This document shows, one piece after another, positions 1 to 13,320 of a stretch of DNA of 64,000 bases. Each line of letters begins with the position of its first letter. The stretch's first letter is position 1. The notes below the pieces were generated by a model. It saw only the letters and a program-made list of their open reading frames with translations, was not told the origin of the DNA and made no database searches. Source of the DNA: Harriotta raleighana (lineage: Eukaryota); NCBI GenBank assembly GCA_050575255.1, contig JBNZDD010013695.1, positions 565,152 to 629,151 of the forward strand, given 5' to 3'. The position numbers and the translations under genes were made by a program.

Positions 1-845
1 CAAATATTCTGTGGTGATTTTCCTCACCTAAACTAGCACGTTTAAAAAAATATATTTCTTACATCCCAACTCTAGCACAAAAATAAATCTTCAGAATTGT
101 CTGAACACCGTGAACATCATCACAGCAATACCTAACTGTTCTTTTCAGACTTAAAAAAGTGCTCACAATCAATGTGTACTGTGACAGATGGGACTGGGCT
201 GTCTGCTCTCAACCAGAGAACGTTTAGTCTCCAAGGGACTTCAAGTCCAATGTTTGATAACTTTAGAGAAGTACAGTGAAATATTTGCTTGTGCAGCAAT
301 AATGCCGCCACATATCACAAGCACAGCTCTAGAATGCAGGCTAAAGTCTCAAAGACACTATTACTGTTGAATGTTGATGAGAGTCCCTTGTTGGAAAATG
401 TCCTTCTGTGATTTTTGCATGAAGACAGGATGCTTGCAATTTTAGAATATACAAATATACGGTGAATTCACTTTACATTCTTTATATTCTGTGAAGCGGT
501 TTGAGACGTCTAGAAGATGTAAAATGTGCTACATCATATGCAAGAATTATTATTATTATTATTACTCCTTCACACCTTAATACACAATAGCTATGGACTA
601 CTTTGATAGCAGGTCATCTCTTTAGTATCTAGTCACCCAGTTGGTTGGCCTCATGAGGGAGACAAAGTAGTCTGATTGAAGCAAATATGGTGATTTTAAT
701 GTAGGAATGCATCTGTGGAAAATTTGCAATAGGTCTAACATTCATTCAGCACAACAGTTCTCACAAAGCAAGGGCATTAGATCAGAGAAGTAAATGTGCC
801 TAAAGGCAGAAAACACAGCGCGGAAAGAGATTTGTTAAATCTTAC

Positions 846-1026
846 CAATGTCGTCATCAGTACGATCTGTGGGGTCTTTCTCTAGACACTCACGAACCAC
901 ATCCCTCCCCATCAGTGAATCAGAGGCTCGATCAATGTCCTCTTCATCTTCCTCCTCTTCCTCCGAGTCGACGGCTGTCTCTGTGAGTCCAGTTAGATCT
1001 ACATCCCCCATTTCACTCTCCGTGGC
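846..1026 (-). CDS. rapgef6: PDZ-GEF coding exon 8 (acidic linker before the cNMP-binding-like domain)
   Basis: ttctgtccacag|GCC ACG GAG...GAC ATT G|gtaaga. 181 nt, encodes [60 protein letters not shown]. Confidence 0.95.
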
Positions 1027-1674
1027 CTGTGGACAGAAGAAGATGGTGTAAAGGAAGCTGTCCTGTAAAGATCCTCTCAACCCAATAACGTCAAGACACC
1101 TGATGAGGAAACTCAAGACTCGAGGCGACAGCTACTTAGGAGCTACCTGGAGTTTGAGTACATGAACATATTTCAAACATCAGGGTTGGGAATCCACCTT
1201 GATTGGTTTGCAGAGAGGCAGCCAGCTGCTGCTCAAACTCCACATCTACACTGCTGGAAAGATTGCCCAATGGGAAGGGATGTGTGTCCAAATTATGGTA
1301 GGATGATGGTGGTAATGCTCTCATACATTTCATGTTCTCAGAGGAGTTCCTGGTACCTGCCTGCCAACCACTGAGGGCTCCATCCAGCCTGTGCTTGCTG
1401 AATGTCAACTGACCAATTAGTGACAATTCTCCTTGAGAAGATAAGGCGATCTGTGGGATGACAGGGTAGCCAACCTGGCTCTTTGGCAGGGGTTTAGACG
1501 GGCAGGCATAGTCACTGTGTAAATCACAGTCCTAACAGGTAAGGTCTTCCAAGCTGGATGAGCAGTGGAAAAACTTGACAGACTGCACTCTCAATGGCAA
1601 GCTACGCAGTTTTAGCTGGTTAGACTCCAGCAGTACCCAAGGCACATTCTGAATTTCCAAGCCTAGGTGGAACT

Positions 1675-1986
1675 TGTGGAGTCCTGCAGCTCAGTGGTTA
1701 GAGCACCCGCCTTACAAGGGAGAGACCTGGGTTCGATTCCAGGCAGAGTGAAACATTGGGCAAGTTTCCTTACTCCACATGCCTGATAATAATCCCTCAA
1801 AAAAGAATAATAAATTGGTCATTTCAATTCACAACTGTTTGTGGGACACTGCTGTACGCAATTGGCTGCCGCATTTTACCCACAAATATACAGTTAATTC
1901 ACTTTACAGTATATTCTGTGAAGTGCTTTCAGAAGTCTAGAAGACATTAAAACGCCATATCAAATGCAAGGATTATTATTATTATT
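1675..1986 (+). mobile_element. Full-length tRNA-head SINE (dominant family) with Deu-like core and (TTA)n tail
   Basis: A box agctcagtggttagagc, B box ggttcgattcc, core tgtttgtgggacactgctgt...ggctgccgc, tail atcaaatgcaaggattattatt. Confidence 0.9.
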
Positions 1987-2661
1987 AATGTATGGATCTC
2001 TCAGTTTGGTTTGGATATTATTACGCACAGTGATGGGTTTCTACATGTATTAAGACACCCAGCTCACCAAAAGTAAATCTATATTAATTATAGGAATCTG
2101 TAGGAATGAACAACTCCTTTTGCAAAGTTGAAATCACAATTCACAGAAGAATAGGTTTTGTCCCTTATCCTTACCAAAATGCTAATTTTTAATGGACCAC
2201 AAGTGTTAATGTTATTAATACAATAGTTTGAAACGGAATTTGCACTGAGCAGGAAACGCTACAACAAAGTGGTGAATTAAAAATGATCAAATACATATTG
2301 AATGTGTGTCAGCCTGGTCTCTCATACTGCTCCCACAGTAGTAGCTCTTCTCACTTCCAGCCTAGCTGTCAAGGCTTCTGAGTTAGAGGTTGATGGGTTG
2401 AAGCCCCATGGAATTTGTACCCTGTTGGGAGCCAGTGAGTCTGTAAAACCTGGTAAGAACTAAGGCGACGTGCATGCAGAGTATTCTGCAGGTACAAGAA
2501 ACTGAGTTTTGTGGGAGTCGGAGCTTGTGGATGGTGGAAGTAGGGAAACCAGTGAGGAGTGCGTTTGTGAAATCAATATCGATATTTATCACCATACATA
2601 TCTATTACAATATCTATTTAAATCACTCGCTATTGCATTAGAATGAGACTCTTTGACTTTG

Positions 2662-2995
2662 CGTATGAGCCTAGTTCAGTTGGTAGCCGTCACGCCTCTG
2701 AATCAGCCTACAGTCTACGCTGACACTGCATTACTGTGCTGAGGGGGTGTTGTATTGTTGGGAGGTGCTGTCCCACTGTCAAGGTTACTTGTCCAGGTGG
2801 ATATTAAAGATCCTTTGGCACTTATCAAAAAAAAGAAGGGAGTTTCTCCCAACTTTATGGCCAACAATCCCCCAAATTGATGATTCAATTGATAACTATT
2901 TGTGGGATATTGCTGATATCAAATTGTCTGTTTTATTGATCTCAAAAGGACGCTGTATTGATGATATTATCCATATAAAGGATTACAAAATTATC
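2662..2995 (+). mobile_element. Ancient DeuSINE-type element (AmnSINE1/SacSINE1-like)
   Basis: tRNA-like head agttcagttggtagc...cgcctctgaatcag and Deu-domain motif caggtggatattaaagatcctttggcactt...agaagggagtttctccc. Confidence 0.7.
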
Positions 2996-3883
2996 ACCTC
3001 AAAATGATAAATCATCAGGTTTACTTCCACAATAAATAATCTATAGCATATTTGATCTGATATATGTTAGATTCTGCTCAGCAATTGTGAACAAAACATC
3101 AGATCCCCATTGGAAAAGAAGTCAGTAAATAAAATCTGATGCTGCAATATGTTCGTATCCTGAGCTGCACCAGAGAGAGAACTGTCTTTAAATACTATCC
3201 TCAAATTGTATCAGGGAATCTTATCTTAGCTCCAGTGAGCATGTGTCCACAACACTATTCATCAGAAACTGGGAGGCCTAACTCAAGAGAAGCCATAAGA
3301 AGAGTCAGCGCAGACATGATAGGCCAAATGGCTTCCTTCTGTGCTGTACGATTCTATGATTCTAAGAAGCGACATTGATATTGGCTATTGATAGCACACA
3401 AGCATCTTCTTTTTAACTGCAAAAAAGAAAACTATAGCTGGAAAGCAATCTATATCTTTATCAGATGCTACCATAAAAGGTAGGTATGGTAACAGATCTG
3501 TACTGTCAGCTAGTACAGTAAACGAATGGAGACTGCGGTTGTTAAACATGTGAACGTCAGCAAAAAACACCCAGTCGCCCCCCCTTCTCCAATCATATGC
3601 CTACTTTACATGAGGGATGGCTACATTAATAATTAAGTCGCTGATCAATATTGGAAGCAGTCTGAAATCTAGTCTGCATCATTTACACTGCACTGAAAGA
3701 GCAGGCAAACTCTCCACAATTACAGGAAATTACACTACTGGAGAACAATTACTGGCAGACTGGAGCACCAGACATGGCATTACATACAGTTCTGGGCAGT
3801 TTGGCCAGGTGAAAAGTGTTGACCCTCTTGGAAACAACAAGTATATTCATTGAAAACATTATTTTTCTGCAGGAAAGGAACTA

Positions 3884-4556
3884 CAGTAAAACTCCGTTTA
3901 TCCGTGACTCGATGAACCGGAAACCCCGCTGAACCGGAACCTCAAAAAAAAAGTCCCGATTCGATAAACCGGAAGTTATCTGTCAGAATAGTGATGACAC
4001 ATTTAATGAATCGATTGTCGCACGCGAGTACTGGTGCAAGTAGTCGACCTAAAGTCACGCTACTGCCATTTTAAAAAAAATCCCGATACTGCCTTTTTTT
4101 TTAAAAAAAGCCACCCTACTGCCGCTTGGTTTTCCTCCCATGGCGGCCATTGCAGAAGTTATGTATAAATAATAAAGTACTAATACAACATTCTGTTATT
4201 ACAGTATCTGTTATTAGTGTATTTAGTCTATTATTTGTATTGTATAACATTTACAATACTATAATACATGTATATACTACAATAAAGTAGCTGTACAATA
4301 TTATAGTATCTGTTATTACTGTATTTACTCTATTATTTATATGGTACATTGTACAACATTTACAACAAAATACCCATACAATATTGTTATTATCTGTTAT
4401 TATTTAGTCTAGTATTAATATGATATCTGTTAAAATAATTTGTTTTTAAAAAAGTATTATTTTTAAAAAAAATATTTTAAAAAAATGTTCAACCGGAAAA
4501 CCGTTTAATCGCCCCTGGCCAGGTCCTGTGGGTACCGGATAAACAGGGTTTTACTG
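3884..4556. mobile_element. Non-autonomous pogo/Tigger-like (Tc1/mariner) MITE
   Basis: TIRs CAGTAAAACTCCGTTTATCCG ... CGGATAAACAGGGTTTTACTG, TA on both flanks, AT-rich interior with internal repeats, no transposase ORF. Confidence 0.85.
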
Positions 4557-7153
4557 TATTTTCCGTGTGCCCGTGTGATACTCCCCGGTTTTGCTCCGTG
4601 AGTATAACCGTTCCCGAATCGCTTTCCGGTGTGAAGGGAGCTATATAAATGCAAGTTGTTGTTGATTCCTTCCCCCCACACCACCACCACCGCAATGCTT
4701 TGCTCTGTGATGCCCCCCACCCCACTCACCCACTTTTCACTCCCAAAAGAGTTAAATTTCCCTCTGAGATCCCTTTCTCAACAGAGCAAAAGAATGTTCT
4801 TTTTTCCTGTTTAACCTTTAGGAAAGTCAACCAGCTAGGATGAGAGGAACTTGATATCATCACCGCCATCCTTAGCAACAGGAAGCCGATCAGAGACATC
4901 CATAATTAGAAATCTTCACAAACAGCAATGCTGAACTTTAAAACCAACAAAGGCATTTACTCCACCAATTATAACTGCAATGTTTGTCAAAATAAATGTA
5001 GTGATCCTGAAGATTCAATAATTCACCTCGGCAAATAGGTCAGGAAAATATAAAGGAATTGTAGCAATTAATTTGAAGTGAATGTCTCACAATACAATAC
5101 CAAATTACCTTCGTACAGCGCTTTTCACGTTGGGAGGATGTCCCAAAGCGCTGGATCCTCAGGGATTTGGACCCAAGCTGAGGAGGGGAGGCGGCATCGG
5201 GGAGGGTGGAGGGCTGAGAAGTTGGCCAAAGGCTGAGTCAAAGAGGGGGGTTTTGTGGTATGCCTTGAAGGAGGCAAGAGAGGGGGCAAGGCAAAGAACT
5301 CTCACAAACAGGATTGTTACAAAACACTCAGCTTTTAAGCATTAGGATAAAATACACTCCCTCAACTCTGGATTTAGGAAAGTGTAGCAGAATATAGGTA
5401 TGTGGAGATGACATACAAAAATATTTGGATTAGCTCCCCTAAATAAACACTGGATAATAAAAGGAATTGGATGTCTTATTCCTCCACTGTTTCCATTGTA
5501 CAACCAGGCATTGTTAAAGCAGTGGGAATAGCTGTCAGAGCCATGACACATACTTATTAGTGTTTATGTGACTGATGTAGCAAAAAATCAACACAGAAAG
5601 CACATTTAAAATGTACAGTATTAACACTTACAAACTCAAACGTATGGAGCTTTCTGGACACCATTCTGTAGGCGTCTGATGTGCTGGTGAAGTTGTCTCT
5701 TTTGTTCCTAAATCTATTGGAAGTTCTCATTATCAGCTTGCTGAACATGCAGCTCCCCAATAAATGAACAGATTATAATTAAAAAGCAATTTATGGACTA
5801 GTGCTCTCAGAACACTTCTCAAGAGGTTTACTTAAAGTAGTAAACATATAGTATTAGGCTCAATTATATGGTTTGGTTAAAACTATAATTTTTATACTTT
5901 CATAAAAGTAGTATATTTTTAGTTAGAAAGTGATGCTTGGAGCTGGATTTAGCACCATTGCAGCTAGATTTCATTACTATACATCCATGAAGCTGGGGAC
6001 GCCATCAAGGTGAAGGGAGAAGCAAGACATTGGGAGGGAAACCGGTGATCCTAGCTGGACAAGCAGCGATATCGATGGTTTTAGTTGGTTAGACTCTAGC
6101 AGTACCCCAACACATACTCTGGGATCTCGAAGCCTTGGCTCCTGCCAACCTGCACCTAATACTTTCCACATTTAGCTAAGCAGAATGATTCGTTCCAAGG
6201 AGAGAGTGTGTGAATTCCATCCCAACAACTCTGAATATCAGTATTATGAATAAACCTCTTTCTTCCACTCATCAACGCTTCAAATCCGGGGAGACAGCAG
6301 GTTCAGATATACCACAGCTCATTATAAGAACATAACCAATCTGTAATGGTTTCGTTTTTAAACCCTGCTATCCTTCACTGCATATTACAAGCTGCCAATC
6401 AAATGCAATACCAATCTCCTCATCATCAACATTCCTAATGAGCAGCTCTTGTTCTCAGCGAATAAAATGTACCTCTTCAGTCAGCAAATCACCAGAATTG
6501 GGTGATAAAAAGTACTTAAATTCAAAGTTGACAATGTGATCCATATGATGAGAGTTGAATTTCACTGGCTAATTTCTTGTGAACTCTTCATGTTTGTGGG
6601 TCAGGTGAATTCTTGGGTTATTTTAATTCAAGTCAAATATTTCCTATTGCTTGGTTCAAAACAAAACTCAAAAGGTAGGGGCGCAGAGGAAAGAAAGAAT
6701 CAAGTGAACCAAGGATAAGGTTTAAAAAATAAAACTTACAAATGACCAAATCTTGGCAATTTTCCACTCTTCCCTTGTATATTTGCACTCAACACTATTT
6801 TCTTCCAAGCAATCTATCTGGATGTCACTTATAAACACACAATTCTCTCCTGCAGAAAGGCTAGATTTAGGCATCGCTGCCATTTAAGATTTTTTTTAAA
6901 AAAAAGGCAATTTCATAATGCTGCTTGGCTGTTTATCAATAAACATACAAGCTAATTATATATAGAACATACTAGTTAAGCTTGAAAGCTCATCCGCAAA
7001 GGGTTTCCTGACTAGCAGACACAACACATTACAAGAACAAAGTCTATGTTGGCACCTGCAAAGTCTGTCAAAGATCCAATTTTTTTTGGGGGGGAGGGTT
7101 TGTGTGACTAATTACGAAAAAAACGATCGTGTTTCTACTCTTTGTAACTTTAC

Positions 7154-7285
7154 CTGATAGATATCCGACAGGCTGCTGCTCCCAGAGTCACTGGCAAAAC
7201 TGCACCCGGACTGGCTGGAAGGCACATGTTTACCCTGTGAATGTAGATTGTCTGTGAGGTGCATCTTGGAAAGATCTGCAGGAAG
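7154..7285 (-). CDS. rapgef6: PDZ-GEF coding exon 7 (LPAD exon)
   Basis: Long pyrimidine tract, then tttacag|CTT CCT GCA...TAT CAG|gtaaag. 132 nt, encodes [44 protein letters not shown]. Confidence 0.95.
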
Positions 7286-7714
7286 CTGTAAAGATTTTGA
7301 GGGGAGGAGGGAGAAAAAAAAAATCTGTTAATTTGATAAATAAAGCAAAAAAACGGAAGATCTAAGACAAGTCTGCTGCACTTTATAGGAGGCTTTTAAA
7401 CAACAGAATGTTGAGGCCAAGTACTCAATGTTGGCAAAGCAAGCATGTCAGGAGGGTGTTTGCAATGTCTGTGAAGCAATGGACAGGCAGCCCTAGTCGG
7501 ATGTCATTTGGAACTAAATGCAAGAGAGAGAAGGGAGAAACAAACTCGGGAAGAAGTGCATGCAAACAGATTTGAAAGACGGCTGGAAAGAAAGCAGAGG
7601 GATGAGAAAGAGGAAAAAGGGGACTCTAGGAAGAAAATGATTCATAAGGGAAAAACTATCAATGCAGTTTACGACACTGCAGTTAGGGATTCTTTCCACT
7701 CAGCTCCTGGCCAA

Positions 7715-7885
7715 GCCCGGTCGTTCCTGGGCTCATGGAAACCTGGCTGTTACCAGTGATTCTGCCCATTTCATTGAAACCGCCTTGCCTGGCTACACCT
7801 TCCACCACCCCACCCTGTCCCACCCTCCCACTCCCCCCCACCCGTCCCAGCCAGCATTGTGGCGGGGTGGCCCTCATCTTCCACG
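7715..7885 (+). mobile_element. L2-like AP-endonuclease fragment
   Basis: ETWL-like (gaaacctggctg), LPGYTFHH and GGVALI-like motifs with frameshifts. Confidence 0.55.
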
Positions 7886-8689
7886 GATAAAATACAACAA
7901 AGGAATTTAAATGCAGAAAGGTGATCAGAACTAAAACATAATTCTAGGCTGTGCGATAAATTGGCACCGTGCCCGTCTCTCACACAAGAGACCACAAAGA
8001 TGGCTGATGTGAGAAAAGAAAATCCACACTGTGCAATAATTACCACAAGAGCAGAAGAGAGAATGTGAGAAGCTCATCTGCATTTCACATGTCATTGTGA
8101 TACTGACAGGATCCTATAAAGGATGGCTGCGTCCACAATGTTTTGTGCTAGTGCACTGAATATCAGATGGAAGAACAGTGACAAGTGTTGAAGTAATGAA
8201 AATCAATGGCTTGGATACAGTGACAGAGCAAGACAATCATAATATGAAGATTTACAGGCTATAAGCCTGAAGATTATTAGCGTCTCTAAATGGTGGGATG
8301 GATTGCTGCTGGGAAAAGACAAGTTGGCAGGGCAAAGTGAAAATGGTATAGTGACAAGGAGCAAATAGTCTTTGGCATTATGGTAAGCATGCTTCAACAG
8401 AATGATTAACTTCAAAGGGTGTTCCTTCTGACATTATAGTGAAAATGCTTCTTTGAAGGCTGCACAGAGAGAGCTTTACTTGGTATTGCTGTGTTACATT
8501 TGATGAATGTATATTTTTTTGCCAAAGCATGGAAATGTGTGCACTTCCCTATCACTAAATTCCTGATCTTCACCTTCTCAAGAAATCCACCTAACAGATT
8601 AATTGCGTCATATACCTTACTCCAAATAATCCTCCGGTTAAAATTTAAATCCCTAATTTATGCATTTTCAAAGTTTCGAAGATGAAATT

Positions 8690-9110
8690 TCCAGACAAAT
8701 CAGGCAACTCACAAACTTCTCGATTTAGTTTTGCTTAGCCAGGTGTGTGTCCGACACACGAGGAAACCCACCCCATGCAGCAGCCAATTTGCGCACATCA
8801 AAGCTCCACAAACAGCAGTGGAGTGAGTGACCAATTCTATTTGGGGGGGATTGTGGCCCTGAACTCTGAGTGAAACTCCCTTCTCTTTCCAAACACTGGC
8901 ATAGCACAGTTCACATTCACCTGAACAGGAGGACGGGACCTTGGTTTAATGTCTCACCTGAAGGACACACTTCAGCAATGTAGCACACTCCAGCACTGTG
9001 CTGAAATGTCACCTTAGACTGCATGGGTTTCAAGTCCCAGAGTGGGGTTTGAACCCACAGCCTTCTGATTTATTAGAGGCGAGCACCAGCGATTGTGATG
9101 GCTTGACACA
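8690..9110 (-). mobile_element. Ancient DeuSINE-type element
   Basis: gcagcagccaatttgcgcaca...cacctgaacagg...gggaccttggtttaatgtctcacctgaagga...ttgaacccacagccttctga. Confidence 0.7.
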
Positions 9111-10424
9111 AATTGGGATTAGGATGGATTGCTTCTTGGAGAAGCCTGTATGGATTTTACTCTCGCTGTTAAATTGTCCGCTTTCCAAAATTACATCTTC
9201 CAGGTCGTGTGAGGAGCAGGAGGGTGCCAGTATGTCGTATGTTAGCCTGAACCCAGTTTATATTGTACATTTTGGCAGTGAATCCCAAACAAAAATCACA
9301 GGGAATAAATTGACTAGTTAAGTGCTGTGCTATAGGTTGATCAAAGTAAAATAATGTTGACCTTGCACACATATACACAGCATATTTATTCACAGAGCAG
9401 TAAAATGTATACCTGCTTGATTTCCCCGGCACAATTAATTTCAAAACAAATGCATTCCATTATCTATGCGTGTGGAGTACCAGCTAGACATTTTGAGTGA
9501 GTTTGGAATATACAAACGGCTTCATATACTTGAATTATTTAAGCAGTCATATGTACTGTACTCCACAAATGAAGTGACTTTTGCTGAATAGAGAAACATG
9601 TCAATGTAGATTTCCATCTTCTCATTGCCAAATAAGCAATGAAATCTATATTATTTTATCGCAACTTGAATTACTGTTTAGCACTGTATTTCTGAGAGCA
9701 AAAGCACGTACAAAAATGCAATTAAATAGCTTGAAATAGTTCTTATGAAAACACTTAATTTTTACTAAATAAACACTGGTAAAAGAATTCTTCTTTCCAA
9801 ATGGTCTCCTATCCTGAAGATGATAATTACTGCAACACTTGGTTGTACAAGCTCTGACAATCCTCCTGTGCCTCTCTAAAGTGGATGATATTTATGTATG
9901 AAACCACTCAATCCTGTCTTCATCCATTCTTCCACAACATTTCCAGCAAAGGGAGAGTGAAGGAAGATAATGCTAAGACAGTGGTGTCTGGTTAATGTCA
10001 TTCCTCCATTTACCCACTGAACCATTACATAAAACCTGTAAGATTTTCTTTAAAAAGACCATGAAAAAACAACCTTTGTTCTCAACGGTTTCACAGTGAA
10101 GTGTTTCATTTCTTTAATCACATCTTGAACAGATGGTAAATGTCATAGAGAACATGGAATCTAAATGATGTGCACTGCAGCTAAAGTGGTCTAACAGCCT
10201 GATGCAAAAGAGATTAATATCTATCTATAGTAAACGATCGTCAATTTAATTTGGGTTTGAGTTCTTGTTCATTGCAATCTATATGACCGATCTTAATACT
10301 GAGAATAATAGTCAACAATCCCAAGCAAGAGGACATTCTCAATTTGACATCAACCATTTATTTTATCCAAACTAAATTGGAATTTGCTGAAAGAAGCCAG
10401 GCTAAATAATTTGCTTTCCTGCAT

Positions 10425-10992
10425 TGTGGAGCCTTACAGTATAGGGGATAGCAAGCGAGAGGATCTGGGTTCGATATCTTAGGCAGGGCAGGGCAAAACC
10501 TTAGGCAAGTTTCCTTACTCCACAAGCCTCTGTTTACCAAGAAATCGGAAGTTAGTCGATAGCTAATACTCTGGGGGGGTGGAGGGAGGGACATAATACT
10601 CCCTTAAAAGTAAATAAATAATTTGGTCATTCAATCCAAGACTGTGTGTGGGACACTGCTGTACATTTTTGGCTGCCATATATTCTGTGAAGCGCTTTGA
10701 GACTTAAAATAAATGCAAGGATTGTAATAATACAAGGCATGGAATCCTGTGGCTCAGTCATTAGAGCGAGCACTCAACTCCCAGCAGGGAAAAACCTTGG
10801 GAAAGTTTGCTAACTCCACATGTCTTATAATGATTCCTCACTCAATCCACGACTGCTTATGCGCATAATTGGCTGCCGCGTTTCACCCAGCAAATATACA
10901 GTTAATCTACTTTACAGTATATGCTGTGAAGTGCTTTGAGACATCTGGAAGACGTGGAAAGCGCTTTATCAAACACAAGGATTATTATTACT
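10425..10992 (+). mobile_element. Two tandem degenerate copies of the dominant SINE
   Basis: Head, core and tail recur at about 10425-10735 and 10739-10992. Confidence 0.8.
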
Positions 10993-11889
10993 ACAGTATT
11001 ATTAAGATTATTACGGCTGCTAAAAACTAAATGTGTTCTGCATCTGAATCAATAATAATAATATTATGTTAGAGCAGTGGTGATCGGTTAATTATACCTT
11101 ATGTGCTTAGAAATTGGGGGGAGGGGATTAAATAGGGATTTTTAAAGCCCTAACAATAATTAGGCAAAAGTCACCTCGCAGTCATTATGTGTAAAGAATA
11201 CTAACATAATTGTCAGGGAATGAGCTGTGGCTGGAAGCCTTTTGCAAAGGAGTGTTACACACAAGGGAATCAGCTAACTCCATAAACTAGATCTGCAATG
11301 CTTGAGTGCTTTATTCAGTCTTTGAATTCCTTCCACCCGCTGTAACACTAACACACTACTTGGTATGTTTTTATAAAGAATCATTTTCCTAATGTACATT
11401 ACCAAACACATCTTCAGTGTCCAGCAAAAACGGGCCCACATCACTGATTCACGTCCCCAGAATACCGTCTGATCTGAAGTTAGTAAACAAGTCTAAATCT
11501 ACATCATATACAAATTTCATACCGTAGATCGAATACAGCAAACAGCAGGAAGCAGATCAATAAGTTACATTGTGATATTGTAAAGAATAAAATAAAATAG
11601 GAGGCAGAAAAGGAAAGCACAAATGTGAGGCAGAATCTGTTCAAGTTCCCCACTCACTGTTTACAGCATCAAAAGAAACCTTTGATTTGGTTATTCCCAA
11701 ATCTTGTATTCCCCATCGATGAGAAAATGCACAAATGCTTTTTGTTCAGCCTTCCCAACAGATACTGTGAAGGTTCATAATCTTAAAATACTGCACTAAA
11801 TTGCCAACCTTTGGCATTATGGCTACACAGAGCATTTGCAGTTTTGACATTTATGACGAGGGAGGGGGGAAGAAGTAAAGGCAAAGTTA

Positions 11890-12260
11890 ATAATCATCTT
11901 CGCATTTTATACTTCTCAAAAGTGCTTCATAAGAATTTACTGTAACACGCATTTTGTAGGCAAACATGACAGCTAATTTTCACATGACATTGTTCCACAT
12001 ACAGCCAAGAAGCAAATGACCCATTTCATTTGGTGGATTATTGGTCTGGACACCAGGGGACACGCTGTTCTCTTTTCAAATGGTGTAATCGAATCTTTAA
12101 TGTTCACCTGAACAGACAGATAGATAGGACCTCAGTTTAATATTTAATCCAACAAAGTAACAAGCCTCCAGTGAACTGTTAACCCAGATTAATAAATTCA
12201 AAATCTGATGTTGGGCTTGAACCTAACCTTGTGATTTGGTGGCAAACAGATATTGAACTC
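11890..12260 (-). mobile_element. Ancient DeuSINE-type element
   Basis: atctttaatgttcacctgaacag...ggacctcagtttaa...gggcttgaaccta. Confidence 0.6.
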
Positions 12261-13039
12261 CGGGTCGAATATTTCGTAAACCGTATAACGCTGTGTAAAT
12301 ACACGAGGAAGGAGAGAAATCCAAGAAATTTCATGGGTCGAACAAGGCAGAAAACATCCAAAAAAGAATGCAGAAATTGGTGGGTCTTCAGAAGCCTCGG
12401 CAATTCAGTTGCAGTAAACGGCAGTCAGATTTCAGTATTGACTTGGTGTAAATTTCACAGGTGCAAATGACTTCACTTAGCTTGGTCATAAACACCTTGA
12501 TCTTCAGTCTGTTCAATACACTTTTCATCAATAACACAGTGCCAAAGTGAGAAGACTGGGTCCATGACCTTTCCATATCTACGTTTATATCAGGCTAAGC
12601 TGTCATACATTTATTATCTTTGAACTCATTGCAGGCTATCTCTCTGGCCCACTCGGCCTCACTCCCTCTCGCATTCTCAGTGCCATTGCTTCATGTTTCC
12701 TCTGCTTGCTTTCTTTCCCCCTCGCTCCCCCTGTGCTGTCTTCACTCTCTCTCCCTGTCTGTCTTTGTGCGCCACCCTCCACCACACCTCTCTCTGTACC
12801 ACTCGATCACGGACACACAAGGTTCAAGAGGCCACAGGTTTATTATCACAAAGTGGGGGTTGCAGGGAACTTCAGCAACCCAGCAAAGATTCTAACCCAT
12901 TTCCCTCAGCTCCCACACTCAGCTCTGGCTGGCAATGTTGTGCACTTTGAGATGGCCTTCCTATATGAAAAAGATATGTTGTGCATTGATTCTAAATCCG
13001 TCATCCATCCATCAGCAGCCAAAAGGTTGGATGGACTCC

Positions 13040-13320
13040 CTCCCCTCACACCCTGGTCTAGCCTGACATTCTAGTGAAGTGTTGGTTGAGTCCTGCACTG
13101 CTGGAAGGGCCGTCCTTTGGATGAAACTGAGATCCTCTCTACACTCTCCAGCTAAAATTGGTCATTGATTTGTGGCTGTTTGTGGGTCGCCATTGCTCTG
13201 CACAAATTGGCTGCTGCTTTCACCCACAAAACACACAATCCGTGCAATCTACAGCTATCCCTGTGAAATATTTTGAGACATCTCAATGCTGTGATAAGGC
13301 ATTATGTTGAATGCAAAATT
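13040..13320 (+). mobile_element. Ancient DeuSINE-type element
   Basis: ctgcactgctggaagggccgtcctttggatga...gcacaaattggctgctgc. Confidence 0.6.

Noticed and set aside
848-1051. Ser-rich plus-strand ORF
   Set aside because: It is the antisense shadow of the acidic exon 8.
1096-1130. CTGATGAG-GAAA-CTC resembling a hammerhead core near exon 8
   Set aside because: The required C-GAAA after stem II and the closing helices are absent.
1675-1750. tRNA-like A and B boxes (also near 29040-29115, 31200-31267, 40470-40536, 55368-55436, 62712-62775)
   Set aside because: They are SINE heads that continue into the shared SINE body. There is no clean cloverleaf or pol III terminator.
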